Assembly (NCBI RefSeq): GCF_006345805.1 | Contig: NC_043022.1 | Location: 11,408,001 to 11,472,000 of the forward strand | DNA: 64,000 nucleotides | Source: Octopus sinensis | Lineage: Eukaryota | Reading direction: 5' to 3' | Part shown: positions 36,806 through 49,900 of the stretch, piece after piece | How positions within the stretch are numbered: the first letter of the stretch is position 1 | Layout: each line of letters opens with the position of its first letter | Made by a program: the position numbers and the translations under genes | Notes under the pieces: generated by a model | Told to the model about the DNA's origin: nothing | Database searches by the model: none | Seen by the model: only the letters and a program-made list of their open reading frames with translations

Positions 36806-39800
36806 ATATATATATATATATATAAAATTTGTATTTTATATCTTTTCTAACAGAGCTCCTGGAGAAAAGACCCAGGAACTGGTTCTGGTTCTTTTGCATC
36901 AGATGCTGTTACTCGTGAAGAATTCCTGGAGGTTTTGTCCAACCTGACTAGCATCTTTGTGAAAGCAACAATTGACAGCGGCCAAACACAAGTCCGGTAA
37001 GTACCTGTTGATCGAAGCTTCTGTCTATTTATTTAATATTTTTGGTTGAGCTCTGTAAGTGGATTACTGCACTTCATTTCATTATATTTGAATATTGGTC
37101 AAAAATAATATCATTTGTGAAAAAGTGATGAAGTCAGATTTCGAGAAATGCTGTGTGGTTGACACTAGAGGACAATAGGGATGCTTTAAAGGAGATAATA
37201 TATCTGTATTTAATATGATATGTTTCAATGCAAGAAGCTTTATTTTATGTTATCTGATCAAGAGAAAATATTTCTTACTTTAGACTGGTATTTCTTCAGT
37301 AAGACTGTTTATTTCTCTTTCACTCTCTGCTACTTTATATTAACAGAAAGTAAGCCAAAACTAAGACGGCGAGCTGGCAGAAACGTTAGCATGCCCGACA
37401 AAATGCTTAGCGGTATTTCGTCTGCTGTTACGTTCTAAGTTCAAATTCCGCCCAAGTCTACTTTGCTTTTCATCCTTTCGGGCGTCAATAAATTAAGTAC
37501 CAATTACGCACTGGGGTCGATGTAATTGACTTAAACTCTTTGTCTATCCTTGTTTGTCCCCTCTATGTTTAGCCCCTTGTGGGCAATAAAGAAATAAGAA
37601 AGTAAACCAATTATTTTGTTGAAGATTCTTAAAAACAACATAATTGGGAATAATTGGGGATAATGTCTAACACTGGTATAGAAGTTTCCTGTTTGACCTT
37701 TTATACAAGTTTCTGTTTTTATTGTTGGTGTTCTTTGTGGTTAAATCTGCCATAATATAGTAATATATAATTTATATTTTCAGTATAAGTGGCATTGTAA
37801 TGCACATGGCACGAGAACAAGGTAATGGAGACCGAGCTGTGTTTGTGGAGGAATGTAATTGCCCAACTGGTTATGATGGCCATTCTTGTGAGGTAATCTA
37901 GATTATCATTTTATTTAACTACTTTTGACTTTTAATTGAGGTTTTTTTATGGCTTAATTCAGTGGGGGAAATAGGCATGATTATGATCTTTTTCACAGCC
38001 TCTAATGACTGGTGAGAAAAAAAGTTATTTTCACTCCAGAATCCTAGCTTGATTGCTTGTAACAGAGTGGAGTCTGCTAAAGTCACCCAAGGGTCATGTG
38101 GCGGTGTTAAGTCAGGTGAATTAAAAGCACTTTGTAACTGTAACAGCTAGATTTTTGATCAAGAGATTATCATTTCAAACCTTGCCACTACCATTGCATG
38201 TGGTTTCTTCTTCAGAAAGAAATTTCTAAGTTACACTGCTTGTCTCAGCTATCTAACAGTAAACTACCAATGGTAAAGATATATTGGGTTGTCAGATAAT
38301 TTGTTCATTTTCTTTTTCTATTTGACACTCCATCTTCATATTTCTGAAAGGAGGTAATAAATCAAAAACAACAAACAAAAGTTGTAGAGGAAGAATATTG
38401 CCATAAAACAACCATAAAACACTATGACATAAATATTTTTCATGTTAATTTAAATAACATTGAAATGGTTTAAAATATATGAAAAAATCAAACTTACTTT
38501 ACAACACACTATGTTTGCCATGTTGTGTTTCTACACTCTTTTCAATATCGCATGTTTACTGCACTATTTATAATTATATAAATTTTATTCTTATGACTCT
38601 ACATAATTTCCCTCTGCCATTTATATATATAGTATGCTTTCACTTAAATACTTTTATGAAAATGATAATTATTATATTCAGCACACCATATTTCAGTAAT
38701 AAAAATCAAGAATTTAGTAAAATAACTAGTCACTTCATTAGTTGGTGGGGCATATCACTTAGTGGTTAAAATGTTGGATTCACAATCATGAGACCATGGG
38801 TTCACTCTCTGGTTGCATCCTTGGGTTGTTGCATTTCATTTCATATTGCTCCAGTCTGCTTAACTAAAATAATTGTCGGCTGGTGCAGTCCTCTACCTCT
38901 CCAGCTGTCACATCCTGGATGTTTTGCTGAGTCCAAAGATGAGGGAAACAAGATGTACAGCTCGAACTTAAACATGGGTACATTTCAAAAGGGACGATTT
39001 ACGTCATGAAACTGGAGGTGATCTCAAGCAGCTTGGAATCAAAGAAATTGAGAGAATTGGTTGTGTTTGTGATGGAAATATATGGAACCAAAGTAACATG
39101 CTTGTTACTTGTACTGTTACTAATACTATTACTGCCACCCCTATAACTATTATCATTATGACTGCTACCATTATTAATATCATCACTACCTCTACCATTA
39201 TCAGTATGGTTGTTACTAGTACTATTTCTGATATCAGTATCAATTTTCTTCTATTTCAGAGATGTTCTAAAGGATACTACAAGACCAACCAGGGTAAATA
39301 TGGTAGCTGTGTTCCTTGCAACTGTAATGGCTTTTCCAATGACTGCGATCCAGTTACAGGAGAATGTATTGTAAGTTGATTCATTTCTTAGCGCTAGTTT
39401 TTATTGACTTTCTAGTTCGTTTTCTTTTTATATTAATTACCTTCATTATACATTTCCTTTTCTCGTTGAATACATATTAATTTAATACTATTTCAGTCTT
39501 GTCCTGAAATAGTTTGATCTGTGACATGGAGTGTCAGTTTTATCAAATCTACATGACATCCAAAGTTAGTAACAACTAACTCCCTTGTTATCACTGTTAC
39601 ATATCTAAATAAATTTGCATATTAATTTATACTGATATCTCAGTTTAAAATAGATATATATGTTTGAGATATTTGTTTTGCATCAAGTTACGAACTCTTC
39701 CTTGGTACTCTCACTGCCTGGAATGTTGTGAAACAGTGATTGGCTCACTGGAGAACTATAACTATTGAGACTAATATTCACTAATTGTATTACAAAATGC

Positions 39801-40421
39801 AGAAATAATAATTAAAGTATAATTGTCTTTGACATAGCATATTTCCATATCTACAAGATGTTGCTAATTGTTATCTATTTTTTTCCCCCATCTCAGTACA
39901 GAATTAAACATTATAAATTCTTGGCTATTAAAAAAGTTGAATTGTTAACAAGAAAGGCCTTCTACACTGTAGAATATTGATAGTTTGAATAATTAACTCT
40001 TTTGTTACCATATCTTTGTTAAATTACACTGGCTTTGTTTTAATAAATTTTGAAAATAATAAAGAATTTATTAAAATGATTTTGTCATTATTAAGCTGGT
40101 GTTTAGAACATAAATTCTTATGGAAAATTTTAATTTAGATCACTTTAAAACAAGATGTGTGTATCTTAAAACAAGAACTAGGCTTAGGTGGGTTGCTAAC
40201 AAAAGGGTTAAGGTTATGGAACAGTGAAGAAAAGTTCATCTTTACTCTTTTAATAGAAGGTGCTACAGTGGCTGTGTGGTAAGTAGCTTGCTTACAAACC
40301 ACATGGTTCCGGGTTCAGTCCCACTGCATGGCACCTTGGGCAAGTATCTTCTACTATAGCCTCGGGCCAACCAAAGCCTTGTGAATGGATTTGGTAGACG
40401 GAAACTGAAAGAAGCCCGTCG

Positions 40422-40454
<33 letters not shown>

Positions 40455-41734
40455 ATATGTTTGTATGTCTGTATTTGTCCCCCCAACATCGCTTGACAAC
40501 CAATGCTGGTGTGTTTACATCCCCGTAACTTAGCGGTTTGGCAATAGAGACTGATAGAATAAGTACTAGGCTTACAAAGAATAAGTCCTGGGGTCAATTT
40601 GCTCAATCAACTAAAGGCGATGCTCCAGCATGGCCACAGTCAACAAGTAAAATTTTTTTTAAATTACTGAAATAAATGCCATTTCAGAATTTTTGTGTGT
40701 TTTTGTTGGAACCAGAAGTAAGAACAAAATGAGAGAAAAAGGAAAGAAGATATAACTTTATTAACGTGAGTTTTATTGCTTCACTTGACTTTTTCACCCC
40801 CTATTTTGTTATTTACAGGATTGTCAAAGGAATACAGGTGGTGCCCGTTGTGACAGGTGTGAAGAAAGTTATTATGGAGATCCTCTGCGAGGAATTGAAT
40901 GCCGACTCTGCCCATGTCCTCTTACCTCCGGACCTAACCAGTATGTATTTTGCTAATTAGACCCACATAAATTAAGTGAACCCTTTCATGTTCTAATTTT
41001 CATATGTTGCTGTTTATCCCTAGGGTAGTCTTGATCCAGCAAGATCAAAGATGTTCCGGCCATGACCATCTCATTTATTATCAGACATAATGTGTCTAGG
41101 GTTGTATTATCTAACATGTCTTTCCTTCCTTTCTTTTTCTCCTATGATGCTGTGGTTATGGTGCGATATTAGATAGTTTTGGCTGCAATGGGATTGAATC
41201 TGAAATTATATGATTGCAAGTAAACTTATTAATCTCACAGCCACCTGCATATTATGTAATTCTCTGTAGAAAATACTTCCAAAATATATCTCATTCTCTG
41301 TCATATAAAGTGAGTTTATCCTTATGTTTCTCAACTATTAAATGATAATAATTATTATATATTTTGTGAATGCTGCAGAAATAAAATTTGCCTTTCATCC
41401 TTCCAGGGGAGATAAAATAATAGGTACAGAGGCTGATGATTGCTATAGTTGACTACATAAGTAACTCAGATATAAGGCCTGATGTCTATGTCAGAAATCA
41501 ATAATAATAATAATAATGATTATTTCAAAGCTTAGCAAAAGGCCAACAAGCTCATGGGCAGGGGTAAGTCGATTACATCGACCCCAGTTCTCAAATGTTA
41601 TTTATTTTATTAACCCCTGAAAGGGATGAAAGGCAAAGTCAACCGTGGAAGAATTTGAACTCAGAATGTAGAGACAGATGAAATGCTATTAAGCATTTTG
41701 TTCAGTGTGCTAATGATTCTGCCAGCTTTCCACC

Positions 41735-41769
<35 letters not shown>

Positions 41770-43275
41770 CCTTTCTACTATAGGCACAAAGCCTGAAATT
41801 TTGAGGGAAGGGGTTAGTCAATTACATCAACCCCAGTGCTCAACCAGTATTTATTTTATTGACCCCTGAAAGGATAAAAGGCAAAGTCAACCTTGGGGGA
41901 ATTCAAGATGGACAAAATGTCACTAAGCAATTTGCCCATCATGATAATGACTCTACCAGTTCACCACCTTGATAATAATAATAATAATTCTTTCTGATTT
42001 TGGTTTGAGGCCAGCAATTTAGATGGAAGTGGTGCAAGTCAATTACATTGACCCCAGTATTTGACTGGTACTTTATTTTGTCAACCCTGGAAGGATGAAA
42101 AGCAAAGTTGAGTCCGAACAAATACCATAAGATTGTTTATTTATCTAACACTCTATCAATTTCCCAATCATTGTTACCAGGGTACTTTGATTCATGCAGT
42201 GTTATATATATATATAAGGGTTCCAAAAAGTGAAGGAGTGGATAAAATTAGATAAGAGTGAGATGAAGAATAAAGTATATGTATATAAAGACATGTTAAA
42301 AATTTGATATAAATGAAACAAAATAACTAGATAATTATATAAAAATCACAATAATTTTAAAGATTGACAAGACAAAATTCCACAAATGTGGGTAGAGGGA
42401 ATTATCGCTACCCCCACCCCCACCCCAATACTCAGAAACTACATATTTTAGTAAACTGGTGCCTGATGGATTTGGGACTCAGAATACAAAAGGATTTAAC
42501 TAATTCTGCGAATCATTCTGTTCAGCGATCTCCAAACTCTTTCAAAGGATTTCTAACATATATATGACTACAAGTTTACTGTAAAGTAGTGTAACCTACT
42601 GAAGTAGTTATCAGCGTCTATAATAATGATACTTTATTTAATTTCTAGGTTTACCAAAAAATGTAGACTCAACCCTGATGGTAGCATTCAATGTATTGGC
42701 TGCCCTGAAGGACACGTTGGTAAACAGTGTGAGAAATGCGCCGATGAGTATGTTGGTGATCCAACCAAACCAGGCAATTACTGTCGACGCTTTGATGGTA
42801 AGTTGCAGTAACACCATACTTTTACTTGGCTGATGGTTTCTTCATGTATGTGTATATAACATGGGAGAGAAAGAAAAAGAAAATTGAATTCACAAGATTG
42901 TTTATTAATTACTACATCTGCCACCTGAAATACACCAATGCACGATGGTTTGAAATGATCATAGTGCTTAATAAAGAATGTTGTGAATTCCGTTTTCTTT
43001 ATCTTTCTTTCTCATGAATTCCATTTTCTTTCTCTCTCTTTCTCATTTGTTATAACCTCTGTGGACACAATAGAATTTCTGAAGTAGATCTAGTGGCATT
43101 TAAATTCATACTCAGGTAGCTGAATACAGTGAATGGGCTTTAAACAGTATACTACAAGGTGAATTTGTATATATGTATGAAATGCATGTGAAATCAACAG
43201 AAAAAGAAAAGAGGGTAAACGGTTATGAAGACGGTCTTGTAGAACTTGTGCACTAATATCACCAGTGTGAGTATA

Positions 43276-43308
<33 letters not shown>

Positions 43309-43383
43309 AAACTTATAAAACTCTTATTTATGCAGTATATGTGAATATAGCTGTTTGGTGGTATGTTTATATGTGTGTGTGTG

Positions 43384-43423
<40 letters not shown>

Positions 43424-43744
43424 TAATTAAGGGATTAGTAAAAAGTTGCTTCACCACATACCGAAAATTTAGAAATAGCAGTCAAAACTACTAATTCTTC
43501 TACTACAATATATCTCCACAAACAGTAATACGTGTAACTCACATAGGCAAAAAGAAGAAAATATAACGAAACTAACCAGCCTTCGTTAATCATGTATGCG
43601 TTTCGGGATTAGAATTCTAAAATTCATTTCCTTCATCAGCATGATATCCAAGATTATAAATTTGAAAATGATAACATAACTCATGCACGTTCGATCAAGA
43701 CAGAGGGATGCGGAATTACTCATCTATATAAATTCTTTACCCTA

Positions 43745-43786
<42 letters not shown>

Positions 43787-43944
43787 TTATCTATTTATAT
43801 ATATATATATATATATTTTTTTTTTGGTAAATATATTTTTTCTAATTTATATATATATATATATATATTATATTTTGTGAAATTTGATTTAGTATTTCTA
43901 AATTGAATTTTCCCTGTAAGTTTGGAATAATATTCCCTCATATT

Positions 43945-43995
<51 letters not shown>

Positions 43996-46900
43996 TGTAG
44001 TTGTCTGTATGTATGCAACATATCTATAGAGGAAAACAGTAAAATTTCTTCTCAATTCCAGAGTCATGTGATTTGAGAGGAAGTTTCTCCAGAGATCCAG
44101 ATTTGTTAACAGAGAAATGTAACTGCAAGGTAAGTCTTTGTTCTGATCAAGGCTTGTTGTGTCAAAAAGGAAGAAATGAAGAGGAGGCACACAGACTCCA
44201 CAAGCCACATTCAGGCTGCTCATCTAAGAGTGCAGTAACTCTATGTAGGAATTGATACAGGAAGAATAGGATTCTTTGGTCACACTGAAGACAATCCTCC
44301 AGTGCCAGTAACACAATAGAAGGCACCTAGCCCATGTTATAAAGTAGTTGGAAATAGGAAAGATGTGAACGTGTGTGGCTTAGTGGATATGGCATTTTGT
44401 TCATGATTGCAAGGTTGTGAGTTCGAATCCCAGTGTTACCTTGTATCCTTGAGCAAGTCACTTTATTTCACATTGCTCCAGTCCACTCAGCTAGCAAAAA
44501 TGAGTTGTACCTGTATTTCAAAGGGCCAACCTTGTCACATCCTGTGTCACGCTGAATCTCCTTGAGAACTACATTAAGGGAACACATGTCCGTGGAGTGC
44601 TCTGCCACTTGCACATTAATTTCACGAGCAGGCTGTTCTATTGATCAGATCAACTGGAACCCTCATAATTGCCACCAATGGAGTACTTGTAGTAAAGGCG
44701 TCTATCAGTAAAAACCTTGTCCTAAAAAATAGTTTCCTTTGTGTATTCTGATAAGATATGATGGTGAGAAAGATTCTGAGATTCATCCAACTCATACTAG
44801 CATGGAAAAGTGAATGTAAAACGATGGTGAAGAAATATTTTCAATTCACCTAATGACAGTGCCCTCTTGCAAGTCTCAATTATGGTTTTAAAGAGGGCAT
44901 TTAGACTTCCCACAAAATTTCCCTTCATGATTAGATAACGTATGTTCACATGAGCTAAACATTGTGTTTAGTGTTGAGAAGGTTTAACTAACAGAGCCAG
45001 TTACAGTATTATTTTAAAGCGGTGAGCTGACAGAGCCATTAGTACATAAGATAAAATGTAGCTCTAGCTCTCTACATTCCGAGTTCAAATTCTGCTGAGA
45101 TCAACTTTGTCTTTCAGGATCAATGAAATAAGTACCAGCCAAGTACTGGGGTCGGTGTAATTGACTACCTCCTCCCCTTAGAAAATACTGGCCCTGTGCC
45201 AAAACTTTGAAACCATTATTATTATTATTATCATTATTATTATTATTATTATTGTTATTATTATTTACTTTTAATCTGCATTTTTGTTACAGTCACTTGC
45301 CGAGACACACCCAGTGTCCTGGGGCAATTGAAGAGTAAGAGATGTTACAGTATGACTGAAAGCTTGGGAAGGAGAAGTAGCGAAATACCTTCATGTAATG
45401 CAACACAGACATTTAAATGGATAGAGTTTTTCTAAGGATGTGGGCAGTACCTGTCAGTACAATCTTTTGGATTTCTCTGAGACATTGTTCTCCTGGGATC
45501 TTACCTAGATGTTTCTTGACAGATACATTTATGTCGATTGGGACAGTCATATCGATGAGGAGGCATGATTTTTGTCTGAAGTCCTTCTTTATAGTGGAAG
45601 GCTCACCAGATGCCGAAATATTGTTCACTTGATAACAATGGCACTCTTCTTTTTTATGCTTTTGTATACCTTCTGGAGGAGTTACCGCAATCCTATAAAT
45701 TATTATTATTATTATTATTTGAATGACTAACATCCCCACTTGTGGTTTATGCCAAAGACTGAAATCCATATGATTGTATTTAGACAATGATTATAATTAG
45801 AGCTGTGAAGTGAAATGATTGAATGTTTGTCAAATGCCTTTTCTAATTGATATGAGTTTATGAGCAATATTTCCCTTTTCTTCTGCAGGCCAATGCCAAG
45901 GGTGAGAGTTGTAACCAATGTGCTCCAGGCTCTTTTTACCTAGCAAAGCAGAATCCAGAAGGTTGCATTTCTTGTTTCTGTATGGGTGTAACTGTATTCT
46001 GTACAAGTACCTCCAGAACAAGGACTCAAGTAAGTATTGAGAATTCAGTAAGGAATAAAAGAATAATTACATTCAAATGAGATAAATGTTTGAAATATCT
46101 TTGAGGAATGCAGATGAGGAGTTTCTCATTTGCATTTTTATTCATCAACATTCAAGGTAATGTTGATGAACAAAAACAAAGATATTGTATTACTACATGT
46201 AGGTTGTTTAATGATCCTATAATAATTCTGGAAAAAATTCTCTTCTTTATTAAGAAAAAATAAATAAATACATGAAAGAAAATAAGAGCTCTAATGAAAT
46301 ATGTTGTAATTAGCAAGCCATCCTAGTGAGTTATATTAAATATATTGATTGGTAACATAGGTTTAAACAATTGATATACTCCTTCATTTAAACTAAGTAT
46401 TGGTGAGGAAGAATATATGAAAGGGAACAGAAATATGATCCAGCAGGACTCAACTTCATACTTCCTTAATACCTCAATGTAATAAACATTATATTATGGA
46501 CCCAAATTCCAAGGCTTTTATTTATGTTTTTTTTTTTATATCATCATCATCATTATTCGACCGAGGTCGGGACAGTGGAATTTACTTCACTGTCCATCAT
46601 AACATTACGGAGGTCCTGTTGCTGGATGCCTGTATCCCTGGAGATTACATCAGGGTAGGAGAGTGTGCGCCCTCTGGTATTGCGAGTAGATGGCTTCCAG
46701 AGGAGAAGAGGAGAAATTGCCTCGTTTTCAGCTCTACAACAATGTCCAGCAAACTGGACTCTCCTACCATTCACAAGAGATGACACAGGTGGACGTTTCC
46801 CATATATTTGCATTTTGGTTGGATGACGCTTCCACGAGAGATTTTGAGCTCTCATAAGGAGGCGAGTGTACATGGCTTGTTATAGGGCTTAATTTTCCTA

Positions 46901-49900
46901 TAGTTTATATATTGCTTTATTAAACCAAATCTGTGTTCTATCTTCTTGACCAAAGTTATGTCTTTTATTACTGTTAAGTGCTTTATAAACATACAATTAC
47001 TTTTAACTTTTACTAAACATTGTAAATTGGATGAAATCTAAACTCTTTCTGATTTTGCCCAAGTCTTAAGTTTCTTCATTTTGAAGACTACATCTATTAC
47101 TCTTCTGAATAAGTTATTAATATTTAAATTTTTGTATCAGGATCATGATTAAGAATTGTTTAACTTGAATTCAAAAAACCTTTTTTGCAGGTGGGTTATC
47201 CATTTAACAACGATCGAGCAGGTTTCTCCTTATCTGAAATGCACACACCCTCAACATTGATTACAACAGGATTTAGTGTCAATGCTAACAAAGACCTCAT
47301 ATATCGCAACTTCTACAGTCAACCTGAAGGTGTTTACTATTGGACACTACCCAGCCAGTATTTAGGAAACAAGGTATGTATATCGTTGTGTAAACAGGCT
47401 ACAAGTAGGAAGGGCATTCACAAGTAAGAAACAAAAATGTGCTTTTGTTGAAATTTGTAAAAAGCTGTCCCACCTGTGTTACCATGAAATAAATGATTAT
47501 AAAGGTACCAAAAATACACTTTATATTTAAAAGCTGTAAAATTTTATTGTAATTTAAAAATACATTGTTCCTTCAGTGAACATAGAAAATGATTTAGATT
47601 TTTTGAAATGTCTGAGATTTTAATATATTCCTAAGCAGTACAGTAAAACTGAAGTGAATCTACTTCAGTTTTCTACTGAAAAACGAATCTGCTTTAAACA
47701 AACTATTTACACAGTAACTTTCTATAACTTCCATTTTTCAATTAAAACATGGCCAAGTGGTTAAGAAGTTCACTTTGAAACCATTTGGTTTCAGGTTCAA
47801 TTCAACTGCATGAAAGTGTCTTCTACTATATCTTCAAGTTGAACAATGATTTTGCATTTCTAATTTGTTGGGTAAAAATTATTACTAACAAACCATATTC
47901 AACACTAATTTTGGAATGCCATTTCTCCAAACCAAAAAGAACCGGTTTTTTTTAATCATATCATTGTGCAATTCTATCTTAATGGCAAATTAAAATGAAA
48001 CTCTTTTTCCCTGTTGTTGTTTCTGTAGCTCACTTCATACGGAGGATATCTGCGTTTTACCATCAATTACCTGCCAGGTATCAACACATCTCCAACTGGT
48101 GGCCATGACATTGAAATCTCAGTAAGTCTTTTGCAAACTTTAGTCTTACTTAACAGTGTTTGAAAATATTTGTGAATTTTCATATGTAACTGTCCCTTTT
48201 AGTCAAGTTTCATCCCTGTTTAATGTTGGTATCCATGGTTCTTTGACCATCAAAAATATTGAAGCATCATCCAATTAGCATTGAAGCTATGTTCTGCCGA
48301 TCTTCTTTTTTGAAGTATTTAGACGAACTTATTCAGTTTATTCATCCATTTTTTTTTTTAAGATGGCATGTTAAATTTTGTAAGAGATTTAGCTGTGAAT
48401 TCTATCTGGGAAGCAACTACATGGAGATTTCTTTCCAATGGCTGATGTTTCCTTTGTGAAGCATATGTAAAAAATCTCCTTACAGACAACCAAGCTTAAC
48501 ATCAGCCTATTTTGAGTCACTAGCAAACATTCTGAATCCATTTTTTTTTTTATTACTTTTGGCACAAGGCCCGAAAGTTTTGGGGAGGGGAGGCCAGTCG
48601 ATTAGATCAACCCAGTATGCAGCTGGTACTTAATTTATCGACCCTGGAAGGATGACCATCAAGACAGTCAAAATACCTATTTCTTTACTACCCACAAGGG
48701 GCTAAACACAGAGAGGACAGACAAATGGATTAAGTCGATTATATCGACCCCAGTGCATAACTGGTACTTATTTAATCGACCGCAAAAGGATGAAAGGCAA
48801 AGTCAACCTCGGCAGAATTTGAACTCAGAATGTAGCGGCAGACGAAATACTGCTAAGCATTTCGCCCGGCGTGCTAACATTTCTGCCAGCTTGCTGCCTT
48901 TCTGAATACTGCCATAAAGAGAAAGAAAAAAATTAAATGTGCTGCAACAGATTTGTGATTCATGGATAGAAAGCACTGAAGATTTATGTTGGATCAAAGG
49001 AAATAAGTTGAATAAAAGCCGAGCACAAATGAACTAGTAAAGCAGTTGAACATCATTGACACCAGCCCAGTGTGTGTAGGAGGGCTAATGTTTTGGTAAT
49101 ATTCTGGGGTTTAGTAAAGCGGTGAGCTGTCAGAACTATTAGCATGCCTGACAAAATGCTTAGAGGCATTTTGTCTGCCGTTACAATCTATGTTTAAATT
49201 CCGTCGAGGTCGACTTTACCTTTCATCCTTTCTGGGTCAATAAAATAAGTACAAGTTGAGCAGTGAGGTCAATGTAATCAATTTACAACCTCCCCCAAAA
49301 CTGCTGCCTAAAGACAGTATTTTTGAAACCACTGTGCTGGGGTTTTAGTTAAATCAACTTAACCTCATTATCATCATCATCATCAACATTTAACGTCCGT
49401 TTTCCATGCTAGCATGGGTTGGACGATTCGACCGGGGTCTGGTAAGCCATGGAGGCTGCACCAGGCTAAAATGTGACCTCTGGTTGTGTCTGAGAGAATA
49501 AGGTCCCCTCAAGTTAATTCTATCTTTTTTTTCACCTAATAAGTATTTCAAATTGGATTTTTGATACTCACTACATTAGATGTATTGACACTAACTTAGC
49601 CATTGATTTTTCATGCAGATGGTACCTCTGGATAGTTTTTACCAGGTTGTTTGTTTGTTTTTCAACCTGATAAGTTTTCATGCTTAGTCATGTGTAATAT
49701 TGATATGTGGTTAGTCAGTTGCTTATCACAACATCAGAAAGTATGGTAGACACAATACTTCTTTGAGGAGGTTTAATTATATCAAAACATGTCTAAAGTT
49801 GTCTCCCATGGTGGCTGAAATGATTAGAATAATATTAACCATTGAACCTCATAATTATTTCTGTTTAGGTTTTAAAATTGACCACATCAAATATGTTAAT

